NCBI RefSeq assembly: GCF_009834535.1
Contig: NC_045696.1
Location: 112,222,001-112,286,000 of the forward strand
Origin: Camelus ferus
Lineage: Eukaryota
DNA: 64,000 bases
Direction: 5' to 3'
In this document: in pieces, positions 40,266-53,819 of the stretch
Layout of the letters: the number at the start of each line of letters is the position of its first letter
Position numbering within the stretch: position 1 is the first letter of the stretch
Notes under the pieces: model-generated
Told to the model about the DNA's origin: nothing
Database searches by the model: none
What the model saw: the letters and a program-made list of their open reading frames with translations, nothing else
Translations under genes and position numbers: made by a program

Positions 40266-40612
40266 TTTTTTTTTTAATTGAAGTATTGTCAGTTTACAAT
40301 ACATACATGAATACACACATATACATATACATATACTTATTCATTTTCATGTTCTTTTTCATCATAGGTTACTACAAGATATTGAATATGGTTCCCTGTG
40401 CCTTACAGAAGAAATTTGTGGTTTATCTATTTTATAGATAGTAGTTCGTATCTGCAAATCTTGAACACCCAGTTTATCCCATCTGACCCTCTCCCTCTCC
40501 GTTATCATACATTTGTTTTCTATGTCTGTGAATCTGTTTGTTTTATAAAGAAGTTCATTTGTATCTTTTTTTAGATTCCACATATAAGTGATACCATATG
40601 ATATTTTTCTTT
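40266..40612 (-). mobile_element. Young L1 3' end
   Basis: Poly-T then TTAATTGAAGTATTGTCAGTTTACAA..TTAGATTCCACATATAAGTGATACCATATG; same 3' UTR type as 4600-5430. Confidence 0.9.
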
Positions 40613-43600
40613 AATATCAAATAAATCCCTATTTTGAATGGATAAATGTTATATCTTATATGCTTAGTCAAATCGTCAAGCTGATGATTTGGGTTATTTT
40701 ACTGCATAACTTACTCTTCTGAAACTACTTCCTCTGTTTTAATTCAAGGTAAAATATTCAGACTTGTATTTATTTCTCTCAAGTCTTTCATTTTTAAATA
40801 CAGTTTCAGCACACACATATACCTGACCAGTGAGCTCATGAACATTTCAAATGACCATCTTTTTAAAATTGTACACGTGCCCTCTCAGTTCTGTGACTCT
40901 TGAAGCAAGTATCCAAACATCAGCTTCTGGAATAAAAACTAAAGCTTGAAACAGTAAGTAGACTAACTGAGTTCATCAGGGAAAGCAAAGCAGCTAATGA
41001 AATCAATCAACAATAATCCTGCTAAGGTTAAATGTGGACTATCATACATAGTCTTACAGAGTGACATGGTCAGACTCACGAGAAAAATCACGGAGTTAAG
41101 TTTTCCTGAGGTGGAATTATGGATTACGTGGGTCTTTCCAAAGTCCCTACAGTCTGCCTTCCTGAACATGCCATATCCTGGTAGGTTTCTAACATGTCTC
41201 CTTGTGTTCGGTTCACAGAGCATCTGATAAGCAAGGACCTGGGGCTTGTGGGGACCTACGAGAGCAGTGAAGGGAGTCACTCTCTTTTGCATTGAGGACC
41301 ACCAGCAATTCAGACAGCAGTCAACCTGCTTGGAGACAAGGTGAATGTAGACTCAAATCCATGACCCTCAGCAGATGTTTACTTGTTTATCTGTTACATA
41401 TGCTGTACATATGATATTAAAATGTAAAGATTGGTGGGTTTTCAAGTGTTCTCTTGAGAAAACAAGAAAACTTATGGAGGGAGTGCCATAAAATACTTAG
41501 GAAATTCATCACAAGCTGATTTTAAGTTCCCTTTCAAAAGAGATTGACCATAGGACTTTTTTCCTAAGAGAAATATCGGAATGAGAAACTATTTGGAGGA
41601 AAAACTAAATTATCCTGAAGTCAGAGCAACTTTACTGCTATTTTAAAGTAATTGTAATCTAGCTCCATTGTTTGCTTAATAAAGGCTCTTGTACTACCAA
41701 CTAAAATAAACTTTGATAATGTAATAGAAGTGCCTGCTTTTTATAGAGTAAACATGAAGTTTAATTGAAGGTATTCGTAACCTTACTGCTTATCTAAGTG
41801 AACAAGGAAAAAAATTTAACGTTTAAAAAAAATATAATGACAAAACTTTTAAAACTGACTGTTCATCTGGGCAGTTTGCCTAAAAAGGCTACAGTTGTCT
41901 TGATTGATTATAGTTCTTCACAAACATTTAAACCACCAAGGACTTAAAATGATTTTTATTATACATTTCCTGGTTTTAGGGGTAATAAATGCGTCCTTAT
42001 TTGGAAGATGACCAAAGAACTTTGCAACACAAAAATCTGTGATGGGTGCTAGGTTGTTCAACTCTTGCTTTTCTTTTTTTGAAGTCCAATCAAATATATC
42101 ATCATGCTATTGAAACAAGTTAAAATAATCTATTGATCGGAAATGACTATTTGACAATTTTGGTATGGTTTTCTCTATCTCAAGTGTGTGTGTGTGTGTG
42201 TGTGTCTTTGTCTATATCGTATCTGTCTAGATGTTCTGTTGCATGTAAAAATTCTTTCTTATTTTTAACTGAACATCATAACATAAAGTTCCAGCTAATG
42301 CTTTTTTAAGTCATATCTTGACATTCCATAGTATCAATATTCCATTTTGAGAGACTTCAATATTTTTGTTATGGCATATTAGTTATTGAAAATTTAAAGA
42401 TTACAGAAAGTACAGAGGCTTGAATGATGCTGAGTTCCATCTATTTGGTGTTGACATATGACGAAGTCGTCTTGGCCTACTGAAGGATATCTCCCTTTGG
42501 AAGCATCCACATCTTTCCAAAATGAACCCAGGGAGCAGACACATTTTGCAAGTTGTTCCTTTGCAGCTCTAGGAATTACCTTCATCATGTTAACTTATTA
42601 AAATGCTTCTTCTCCTATAAGATCCAACTCACAAGACACCTTCTTTTGAAGTCTTCCTGAAATCCTTTCCCACATTGAGATCCTCTGTTTTTCTCTTTGT
42701 ATTACTAGAGTATTTACTCATTCCTGTGTTTCAGCACTTAAGCAGTTAGCAAGCATTCGATAAGTCATTTTTGCATTAGTGGATGGATGAATAGATGGAG
42801 CAAGCCAGAGCTGTATCTAGTGGCAAGCGGACATCTAAAGTACAGGGTAGGGTATTGCCTTGCTGTATTTATAAAACCAACACAATTTTGTTGTATCTTA
42901 ATGGTTCATTAGATCTATAAAATTCAGGGTGTTGCAGAGGCCTTCATCTGAAGGTTTTTTAATCTGTTGAATCCAAATCTCTGTGAGTGTTAAGGTTTAT
43001 AGACAGGGTATATGACAAGAGCCAAAATTAACCTATTAAGAGTTTAGATGAACATTCTACCTGAAAACCTAATTTCTGGACTTTTTAGGGATCTGGCGTA
43101 GAGAATACATCTTAAAGGCCAAATAAAGATTTGGTTTGAGGCATATAATGAATAGATTTTTCAACTGCTGAGATGTACGGTTGAGTTGAAGTTCAATCTT
43201 CCCCAGTGTAGAATTTTGCCTTCTTTTGTTTCTCTTGTTTTGACATGGATTCTAATTCAAGCTATATAGCTTCTCTTTGTGAAAGTTATTTTTTCCTTGA
43301 CATGCTTTAAAATATCACTCAGTATAATAGAGAATGCACACTCCCAATTCTCATGAGCAAAGCTTGAATACGAACAAACAAACTAAAAGTTCTCCCTTTT
43401 GCTTTCAATTCAATTTTGCAAACTAACTGCTTGCTTATTGGGATTAATAGGCTATTAACAAATTTATCTTCAACTGCACAACACTTGTCACCAAGTGAAC
43501 TGGAGCAACTCATTTTAGAGAGTTGGTTTCCTCCTCCTTCAAATGAGGATGTTAGACTAAACCATCTTTACATGTTAACATTCTACGGTGTTCTGCTTCC

Positions 43601-44299
43601 AAGTGTATCATTCCTTGGATATACTTTTATATGTTTAGAAAAAATCTTGGAGCTGAAGAGTTCCATGAAGAGTGCACAATTCAGAAAATAACTAAATATT
43701 TAGGAATACTTTCAGGGCAAATAAAAGGACAGGGCATAGGAAATGTGCTAAGTCGATTATCCCAAAGCTGGGAGTTCAGGATGAAACACAGGATTGCAAA
43801 GGTTTTAAAAATGCACAGGTGATAGAGCTAAACATCAGTCTACAAGGAACCTGAAATACGAGCAGACGCTAAGTCACTTTACAAGCACTTCTATGGTAAG
43901 TGCTCCATAAATGGAAATAAATGTAACTTACCCATTTATGTTTTACTCTTCCTGATCTTAAGCCACTGCTCTCTTTGCATGACTGCTGTAGTTGGATGAT
44001 GAGCATCTATTAATGTCTTCATTTACTCATTTAACAATGATTTATTAAGCATCCAGTGAACGCAGGCACTGGGCTAGATATTGCAGATATAGCGGCGAGA
44101 TGGAGAACACGGTTCATGCCACCACTTACTTTTCAAGCTTACCATTTTCAGGTACTGAAGCATGTACTGGAATAGAAGGCATGAGCTCTCTATTTAAGCA
44201 TGAATACATACTGCCACCTCTATGCTTCTTATTAAATTTCATGTGAATATTCTTTCTAGCAACTGCTCTTAATACCATTTAAGCTTTTTTCTTATAAAA

Positions 44300-44665
44300 A
44301 TGAATCCTAATGAAATACTACTCAGAAATAAAAATGAACAAAACATGAATTACATATAACCATGTCGAGATGAAATAAAAGAAGTCAAACACAAAAGACT
44401 ACATGTAAGTTCCATTTCTAAGGGATTCTAGAAAAGGCAACATTTTAGCGACAGAAAGGAGATCAGTGGTTGCCTTCAGCAGGGTGCCAGGAGAGGGAAC
44501 CCACTGCACAGGGGAATGGGGGACTTTTTAGCCTGATAAAAGTGTTCAGTATCTTGATTGTGGCGGTAGTCACAGGGTTATTTACAGTGACCAAAATTCA
44601 CCACAATGTAGATTTACAAAGGGTAAATTTTTATTGGTTGTAAATTATACTTCAATAAAGCTAAG
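44300..44665 (+). mobile_element. Old L1M 3' end
   Basis: AATGAAATACTACTCAGAAATAAAA..ACAGAAAGGAGATCAGTGGTTGCC..TGTAAATTATACTTCAATAAAGCT. Confidence 0.82.
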
Positions 44666-45132
44666 AAAGTCATAAATTGTTACCTACCTCTTAAAAAATG
44701 TCTAGAGGAGAGAAGTGATATCAGAAAAAAATCGTAGAAAGAAATGGCACCATTCATTCCCACAGGTTTTTGAACTCTATTCCCAAGGTAAATAATAAAC
44801 CTGAACCACATTAGCTTTACTTTTCACAGAAAATGCCTTAAATGGATATATTTTCATTATAATATATCCTTGACTTTATCATAGGATGAGAATAAGGAAT
44901 CACTGTGAAGAATTTTCAGTGATATTACCATTGAAGGCAAAGTTGATTAAGTTCTTTAAGGTTCATTAGCTATGGATCCAAATGAAATGTTCCTAAAATT
45001 TAATAATACAAAGAAAGTTTCCAAACAAAATATTTTTCATGCTATCTATCCATAATCCCTTTCTGATTTTGCTGCTAGGAAGCTCAGAGTAAATATAATC
45101 CTCAGTTGGACTAGCTATGTTAGCCTTGATTT

Positions 45133-45392
45133 CTTCTTTCTTTCTCCTCTTTCGTTAGGGATGAGGTTGAGTGTGATGGAGTTAGGGAGGGAGGGCTGTT
45201 TATGTCTGGATTGGGAGGGATGGTAGGGATGGGGTCTTTGGGTGATTGATGGGGCGTTCGGAGAGCGCTCTCTTCTCGCTCGCTCTCTCGTCTTCTCTTT
45301 TGTTCTTTGTTTTCTTTTCTTTCGTTCTTTCTTTCTTCTGTACTCCTTCCTTCCTTCCTTCCTTCCTTCCTTCCTCCTTCCTGCCTCCCTCC

Positions 45393-45429
<37 letters not shown>

Positions 45430-45708
45430 GGTAGAGAATCTTTTAGGACATATGATTGGCATATAGTATTGTCTAAGTTTAAGGTGAACAATATATTGAT
45501 TTGATAGATTTATATCGCAATAAGGGTGCCAATTTAGTGATAGTTGACACCTCTATTGCATCACATAACTCTCATTTCCCCTAGTGGTGGGAACTAGAAG
45601 AATTAAGCCTAGTCTCTTAGCAGGTTTAATGTTTATAATACAGTTTGTTGTCTGTAATCCCTGTACTAAGTATCAGATTTTCAGGACTTACTTATCTACT
45701 AGTTGCAA
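45133..45708 (-). mobile_element. L1 3' end (about 45430-45708) with tail turned into (GAAA)/(GGAA)/(GA) repeats, bounded by a candidate TSD
   Basis: L1MA-like TAAGTTTAAGGTGAACAATATATTGATTTGA..AGGACTTACTTATCT; AGCCTTGATTT at 45122-45132 and 45709-45719. Confidence 0.7.
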
Positions 45709-46859
45709 AGCCTTGATTTTTAGTATCATTATCTCCTACCTCCTTTTTATTGGAGTGGCATCACTGAATGAATCTTTAAAAAAAAAAATCTAATTCACTT
45801 TACAGTCACGTAGGGTATGACTCATATAGACATCCAGAGGTGCTGTGACAATGTCAGCTATGAAACTAAGTTTTCTTCAAGTATAACTCTTCAGGAAAGA
45901 ACCAAGTGGCTCAATCATACACCCAAAAGTTAGGTATCCTTGGACCACTAAAGGATTAGTCAGGAAGGAAAAATCAGAACAGGCTGGGGAAAGATGGGCA
46001 TTAATTCGGATGGCTTAAAATAGCTAAATGTCAAAGAGTAAGAAGAAAGGTAGGGGGACTCTATTATATAGGGCTGCTCGGGATCTGGGCTGCAGTCAGC
46101 CTACATCTGCCCCTCAATGCTTCTGCATTGGATAGGCCTGCCTCTTGAGTAACACCTTATTAGTGGGATTCACCCTGTTGATGAATTACACTAATGCATC
46201 ATTAGAATGACAGGTCACACTGGTGATGTATTACCAAGTAACTTAATGAGAGCAATAGCTCATTCTGATTACGCTCCCATGAAAGGAGGGCTCTGTCTTC
46301 AGAAGATCTCATCTACAAGCCGGTTCTGCTTAATTACAGGATACAACATACGCTAATAGTAATGTCAAGATGTTCTTTGGCACCCAGTTTTTGGCACTGA
46401 TCAAAAAATAATTTATGGCTCTACCCTGCACACTTGGAAACATTCAAACAGTACGCAGAGACTCAAAATGAGAAACAAGACACCCTGGAATCCACTTGGT
46501 TTCTAGGTTGGAAAAAACAAATTTCTACTGTAGATCTCTAAAGAGGTGCCTGAAAACATGCAGATTTGAGTGCCTGTGTCAATCAAGTTGCCCTGGAAGC
46601 TGCTTTTGGTTCAGAAGAGATGGGGGAGGGAGGAGAAGTACCATGACTCCCCTTTAAGACTAGAAGAAACTGTTTATCATACAAATTGCATTTTCACAAT
46701 GACAGATTAGTTTCCTATGGACTAGACATAAAAATAAACCCACTGATGTCCTTAGGCTTGTGTGGAATTTTGATGGCACCAGTTTCAGCCTAAGAAAGTG
46801 TAATACAAACATGATGAAGAAGAGGAGGATTTATCAAACTTCTAAGAATGAACATTACC

Positions 46860-47070
46860 ATTTCTTGCTTGCCTAGTCTGTGTCAGTCCAGGTACTAGGC
46901 ACTCTTCAGGTGCTACCTTCCTTCCAGCAACAAAGCTCGCATTATTATTTTATCTCAGTTTTACAGATAAGGAGACTGATGGTCTGAGAGTTTATACATT
47001 TCACCGAAGGTCTAATAAATGGATGACTCAGAATTTGGGTCTGAATCTTTCACAGAACAAAACTTCAGTC
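46860..47070 (-). mobile_element. MIR SINE
   Basis: ATTATTATTTTATCTCAGTTTTACAGATAAGGAGACTGA core. Confidence 0.65.
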
Positions 47071-47219
47071 CCTGTAAAGATACTGTTCGGGGCCACAGAA
47101 GATGATGTTAATCATCAAGAGTTGGAAACAGTTTTTAAGACAAAGACCATAAGACATTTGATTCTAGATAACAACACATGTGAAATGGGAAACAATTAGA
47201 AGAGGCCTGGGAATGAGTC

Positions 47220-47610
47220 CGCTAAAGACTAGCTATAGGAAATGAGTTTGTTTGCCTGTTTAAAAGAAGACTTAAGAAAGAGCATAACATTTTTCCAGTA
47301 CTTGATAAACAGTCACTTGGAAGAGTGAACTGGCTTCTTCTTGGTTCTCTTAGCTTTGAAGAACAGGGACAAGGAGGAGCATTTACAGGGAGGCAGATTT
47401 CAGTTCAGCGTAAGGAAGAACTTTATAACTACCAGACCCATCAGAGGGGAACCAGGCTTTGACCAAAGCATAAACCTCCCCCAGATCCAAAGAGCTCAGG
47501 ACAAACAGGGCCACACCTAGGGGGTCATTGTGAATTAGGGATGCGGTAGAAGAGATTTCCCTTTTCAGTGCATGTCTGACAAGTTAGACATTAAGGAAAT
47601 CTGCAACCCC
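47220..47610 (+). mobile_element. CR1/L3 3' fragment
   Basis: TTACAGGGAGGCAGATTTCAGTTCAGCGTAAGGAAGAACTTTATAAC is a characteristic L3/MIR3 motif. Confidence 0.75.
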
Positions 47611-47619
47611 AGTGATAAA

Positions 47620-47960
47620 ATAGGTTATCAATCTCTTATATAAAACAATCGGGGCTGGATGTGTTTGAAAATTCAGAATTTTTCAGAGTTTTGAAAGGCA
47701 ATTTACTCTCTATACCGTTTGTTATGCAGGAGACCCAAAAGGTGTCTGAAGCAGCATTCCGAAACCAGAAGCAGAAATATTTCTGCTTTTGAGTTAAAAT
47801 TCCACTTAACAGTCAAAAGACTCTAAATAGCCTCACATTAGTTCAGGCCAGGTTATGCTTGCGTTTTAGGTGAGATTTTGCTTTCAAGTGAGTTATGGAA
47901 AGTGTTTTTGGATTCTGGAGATTTGGGGGTTTGGAATTGCAGGTAAGAGATGGAGCTGTC
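47620..47960. mobile_element. TcMar-Tigger MITE (MER46C-like)
   Basis: GGGGCTGGATGTGTTTGAAAATTCAGAATTTTTCAGA ... TTTGGAATTGCAGGTAAGAGAT. Confidence 0.6.
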
Positions 47961-50324
47961 ATAACTGTTAGGTCTTGACTGCAGTCCATATGCAGCCTGT
48001 ATGTCATGTATGTCTATGTGTCGTGCATGCCTCGATGCAGGTGGTGCCCCTCTAGTAGTCACAGCAGCTCTGTAAGGTGGTTTGCTGGTCCCGTATTTTG
48101 CAGATGGGGAAACTAAGGATCAGAGCTACCAAATGCCCTTCCTGAGGCCACCCAACACATGCACAGCTTGGAAATAAACTCCTGTGCATGTGACTGCAAA
48201 ACCAGGCTCTGGCCAGTGAAGAATGCAGCCTGTAAGACTTCCTGGGTCTACAGAGTGAACTTTCCTCCTCAACTTGAACCCAAGTATACACTGTATGTTT
48301 TTGAATTTGGTAATAACCTAATTCATTTTTTAAATTTCCTCTATCACCTCTGAGGCCCAGGTATCACTAAAGGACCAGGGAAAAAAATTAGAAAGCAACT
48401 GAGACAACTCACAGGTGGAATGATTTCTGGAGTATACAAATACAGATATGGCGGGCACACAGGTGCCTTTCCTGTGATACAGAGATGTGACAAAAACACA
48501 GGATTTAAATTCTAAGGACATTTTCCATTCATTCAAAGTGTGGACATAGCACTACAAAGGTTGGCTTTAATTTAACAATATTCTAAAACAGGTTTGAGCA
48601 AGACTGATTCACGAAGAATTCATGAGTTTTATGTGCAGCAACAACACATTATCCAAGAAGGCATCTGATAATAAAGATCTAGTTTCCTGGAAAAGTATTT
48701 GGTAATCGTCTATGAAGCCTATTTTAAGTAAGATATATCGCAAGGACAAAAAAGGGTTCTCTCAATCAGACTGGAAAAACCATGCAAATAGTGTGTTTCC
48801 CTTTTGTCCTGACTGCTGGGAAGTTTAGTGAATTTTACGCTTAATGTTAGTAGTTCCTTCTAATTTCTCTCGCCTTCATCATCCCATTGCTGTTCATGTA
48901 TCTTTGTTGATTGATTCTATTATGTCTGTGTCTTGTAACATAGACACTTCAAAAAAATATTGGAAATGGAGCACAAATTACAACTAAAAAAGAGTCGATC
49001 TGCAAAGCTGTAGAGTGTGTATTTGTGAGTGTGAGAAGTGAGAAAACAAAACCTAAAGAATGATAGTAATGTCTGACATTATTTATTGCTTTACACTTTT
49101 GCAAGTGCTATTTATTCATCTCACTTGACCTGCATCGGTGACCCCATTATATAGCCAAGACCATGAATGACCATCTCCACTTAAGAGATGACTGTCCAAT
49201 ATCACATAAGGAATACATGGTTGAGTTAGTTTCTCAAGCTGGGTCTTGTAACCTTAAGATCATTAGTTCTCTTTCTCTTACATAATGCTTTCTCCAAAAG
49301 AATCACAAAATTGATCAAAAGACTTTTGATAACTATTAAATATATTTTTGATAACTGTTAAAAATACAGTAGCTAAGCTATTGCGAGGTATAAGAATTCT
49401 CTTACACAGAGAGAAAGTGTTCTGTTGTTCTAAATAGAAGAGGATTATCTATTAGTTGGTGTCTGCTGAACCATGCAGTTAGGGAAACACAGCTGTCAAA
49501 CTGACTGGTTGAGCTAGAGTTATGGTGATGGAGTCCGAAGGCAGTTCTATTACAATATTTAATCAATGGCTGCACATGAGGGTTTTATGAAACATGTTAA
49601 ATAGTGGATTTCTTGTCGTGTAAGATGACACAGAAGTGTTCTTTAAGATAATCCTATATCCCTATTCAAAATTGTCTACAGAAAAAAATGAAGGCACATC
49701 AACACCATTTTCTCAAAAGTCTTACCCTGAGCACAATAACAATAGGTTTAAAATAAGGTATGTGTGCCACATTAAATAGATTAAGTTTTATTTCTGAAAC
49801 TAGATTTTTTTTTTCCATTTCAAGGCTCACACTTGACTCTCTCTGTATGAATCTAAAAACCAGGGATGAGCTGGCAGGGTGAGCATGTGGGAACATGCAT
49901 TCCAAGACCATTCAAGAGTACAGTCTTTGACAGACGTTAACGGGACGTCCTGAAGCTTGAAGTTGTGGTTCATGATCCAACTCAATTGAAAATACCACTT
50001 TTGAAAACAAAAACATACTTTATTTGAAGATTCTGATAGCATGGTTTTGGGTGTGGGAGTAGGGGAGGGCAGCATGCTGCTGGCTGGTAAGTGTGATACA
50101 TCATCACAGGAACAAACCCCTCTAGATCCTGGTCTGGGCACCAAGAGATGCACTGGATTCTGTAAAGCATATTGTTGATTTTACACCCCAAACAGCACAT
50201 TAGTGTTACTTTAAATCATAAAGACAAAATGACTCAGGTCCAGCAACTCAGAGCTGTTGGATGCTTATTCTTCAACTTTGTGCTTGAACATCCTCTTCTT
50301 TTTTCTTATAAGAGTAGCTGAATA

Positions 50325-50915
50325 TGCACTATATACAATAGCCAAGATATGGAAGCAACCTAAATGTCCATTGACAGATGACTGGATAAAGAAGCTTTGG
50401 TATAGCTATACAATGAAATACCACTCAGCCTTAAAAAAGAATAAAATAAAGCCATTTGCAGCAGCATGGATGGACCTGGAGATCATCATTCTAAGTCAAG
50501 TAAGCCAGAAAGAGAAAGAAAAATATCATATGATATCACTCATACGTGGAAACTAAAAAAAAAAAAAAAATGAAAAAGAGAAGACATGAATGAACTTACC
50601 TACAAAATCAAAAGAGGCTCAGATATACTAAACAAACTTATGGTTCCCTGGGGGGAAAGGGGGTGGGAAGGGATAAATTGGGAATTAGAGATTTGTAAAT
50701 ATTAACTACTATATATAAAATAGATAAACAACAAGGTCCTACTGTATAGCATAGGGAACTACTTTCAATATCTTGTAGTAACCTATAATGAAAAATAATA
50801 TGAAAATTAATATATATACATTTGTATGACTGAAATATTATGCTGTACACTAGAAATTGACACACTGTAACTGTCTAGACTTTAATTTAAAAAAAAGAAA
50901 ATACAAAAAAATACA
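50325..50915 (+). mobile_element. Young L1 3' end
   Basis: ORF text TIAKIWKQPKCPLTDDWIKKLWY...WMDLEIIILS is the ORF2 end; 3' UTR as at 4600-5430; A-rich tail. Confidence 0.93.
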
Positions 50916-50929
50916 CAGAGCTAAGGCAA

Positions 50930-51080
50930 ATGTCACTCTCACTTTTACAGATGAGGGTATGGAATCTCAGAGAGGTTTAGAGGGAGACGCAAGGTCACAC
51001 AGCTAGGAAGTGACAGCCAAGATTCAAGTGCAGGTCCCCTGTCAATGACTCTTGAAACCCAGACTCAATCTACTCTGCCA
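50930..51080 (-). mobile_element. MIR SINE fragment
   Basis: TTTTACAGATGAGGG..CTCAGAGAGGTT..CAAGGTCACACAGCTAGGAAGTGACAGCC. Confidence 0.8.
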
Positions 51081-51204
51081 CTGCCCATCCCATGGCCACA
51101 GGACTTTCAAGGGTCAGAGGGTTGGGTAGAAATATTCAGGCCCCTTTTCTTCTGTTTTGGCTCCATCATTCCTAGGCCAACATCTGTACAGGTGAATTTT
51201 TGGC

Positions 51205-52190
51205 CATTGTGTAGCCAGGAGAACATTCTCCTAATAGATAATAATAAAATAATAATAAATCACAACTCTGATAAATGGAAGCAAATCAAATATGTTTATA
51301 TTCATGAGTTCCTAGTGATACAAAACATGAACTGGCCAGTGTTTGGAAGAATTGAGAGATCTGATTCTTTACTTTGAACATTGGTAAATAAAATGAACCA
51401 CCCAAGCCTTTATACTGCTTTTCTTCTACAAACCGTACGACCAGACAATCAAAGAGTAGAAAAGGGGACGTTTCTTTGTATAGGAATATTTCAATAAATA
51501 CATGAAGAAAGAATGAAAGAATCAGAATATCACCATTTACTCCGAATGAATTCAGGATATAGGCACTGAAAATCAGTGGCTGTTTCCTGAAAAAAAGAGA
51601 GAAAATCAGATAGTGTGTATCTCTTGATGAAGAACATGTCACCGCCTAAGACGACATCTTCCCCCAGTCTCATCTGAATGTGATTAAGCCTCTGGGTTCA
51701 ACAGCCAGTTTGCTGGAAACACGGAGGCCAAAAACAGACGTGATAACACACCATGGGATACAACCATGGAACACAGGCTGAGGCAAACCCAGCAAGAGAT
51801 GACCTGGTTTCTCCAACAACTAAATGGCAATGGAGTTACAGAGAAATGAAGGGGCAGAATTAGAGATGAACAGAGATCTCAATGATATTAACAAAATAAA
51901 AAGAGGCAATGGCAATTTTGGTGTTTGGGAATGTATATTTAGGTGAGAAAACGATGAAGAAAAGTAAAAAGTTGATTACCATAGTAGTTAGGACAGTGGT
52001 TCCTCTTATGGGTTGAGGGGAGAGGGTTGCATTTGGGAAGAGACAAGTGGAGGGTTCCTGGGGTACTTAGCAAAGTCTAGGTCCTTCCATGGCTGGTGGT
52101 TACAAGGGGGTCCACCTTTAGTAACTGAGCTACACATTTGTGTTACTTGCACAATAATAGCCTTTTATATAACTGTATGTGTGTATGTGT
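51205..52190 (+). mobile_element. Old L1 (L1MC/MD-like) 3' UTR fragment
   Basis: ACTTTGAACATTGGTAAATAAA, AATGTGATTAAGCCTCTGG, ACCTGGTTTCTCCAACAAC, GATTACCATAGTAGTTAGGACAGTGGTT. Confidence 0.65.
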
Positions 52191-53805
52191 ATATGTACAT
52201 TGTGTGTGTATGTATATGTGTGTGTGAGATTGCTCCTCTCTGACATGCTTCAAGCACATATTCTCAAGTGGTCAGTTAGGGCTCTGAGCTCTGAAAGGCT
52301 CAGGCCCTGTCCCTGAGCATGAAATGCACTTCTGGGGAGAATTCCTCTTAAAACCTGGCTTATTTAAAATGAAAATTCTACGGTTCTGTTCTATTTATAA
52401 ATTGTGAACTCCAGTTTGGTTTGACAAATACTAGCGCCTCATACTGAAATATGTCAGGAATTACTTTCTTAAATCATAGAACTATTCCATTTGTGGAACA
52501 GTCCAGGGAATAGTCCTAGTTCTGCTGACTCTGAAACCCAGGCAGCCTCTTACGTCTCCACCTCTACATACCGCTGGCCTCTCTTCACTCCAAGTTTCCT
52601 TTCCACAGCCTGGAGGCCAGAGAGAATGTGATGGGCCAGCCACCGGGAAAGGCTGGCTTCACATCACAGCATCAAGAACATTCTCTCCTTGGTAGCCTCA
52701 ACATGCTCTGTGTCCCCCTCCCTTGCCTCCCCCGCCCCGGTGGGCCAGGTGTCCAATTACTTTCCTAAATTACGTTCTTCTCCATTTATCTCTTTGTTAG
52801 AGAATTGTATGTAGAACAATGTGCAATCTGTCAATCTCTTTCACATATATGTTTTCATTTTCATGTTTTCTCTAAAAAATTACATTCATGATATAGGTGT
52901 AATTGCATTTGATCTACATAGGCACTTGATCTCAATCTTTTAACCCTGGCTGCAGACTCACCTGGGTGATGTTTCAAATACACTACTTCTGGGCCTTCCT
53001 CCTAAACCAAACAAAACAGACACTCAGGCACCGAAGCCCAGGCCCCAGTGACTCTGTGTGCAGCCGGGACTGAGACCCACTGGCTGGGCCTTTGAATCAA
53101 CCTGCCCCATTTGACAGGTGTCTTTCTTCGTAGATTTCCCGATACGTATTTGCCGTATGTATGTTCTAATCACCATTCTCTCCTCCCCCAGTCAGGCCGA
53201 GTGTAGCTGTGCGTGGTTTACGTGCACCCCAAGAAGGAAGCTCTGCAATCCTCCCTGAGTGAGGAGCGGGGGGTGGGAAGGGAATCTGTGAATGTCAGAC
53301 CTCTACTACCTGCCGACTACATGGCCCTGGGAAGTGTCCTCTTAGTCTCCCTAGGCCTCTGTTTTTGCTTACATAAAGCGGGAAGAACGATGTTATCCTT
53401 TCAAAGTTACTGGGAAGATGAGAAACATGTAGAGATTGAGGAAGAACCTGGCCTATAGTCAGAGCACAAAACCCAGGGGCTCTGACTCTTACCATCCCCA
53501 CGGGGGCCGTGTGACTTGTGCCAGACCCACCAGGCTCCAAAGTCCTTTCAGCTGGATGACACCCATCAAAGTGCTCCAGTAGGGAAGCGAATTCCATGTG
53601 AAAAACACATAGGACCTACCTAAACAGATATCGGTATCACACATTTATATTTAAATTCATTTCTATGTGTACATTATTTTTAAGGGGAAAAAAGAAAAAC
53701 TGCTGAACTCCATCACCTTGGTTACAGTCTCCCTGCGTGTGGCTGACGTTCAGACCATTAAGCACTCATTCTCTTCGGAGTCAGCAAGGTGCTCCCCATC
53801 AGCCA

Positions 53806-53819
53806 GGGCCCCCTGGTGG
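53806..53819 (-). promoter_or_regulatory. Candidate CTCF core motif
   Basis: Minus strand CCACCAGGGGGCCC versus canonical CCACCAGGGGGCGC (13/14). Motif match only. Confidence 0.3.

Noticed and set aside
41995..42004. CArG box CCTTATTTGG (others at 27 and 18391)
   Set aside because: Several are expected by chance in 64 kb of AT-rich DNA, and there is no supporting context.
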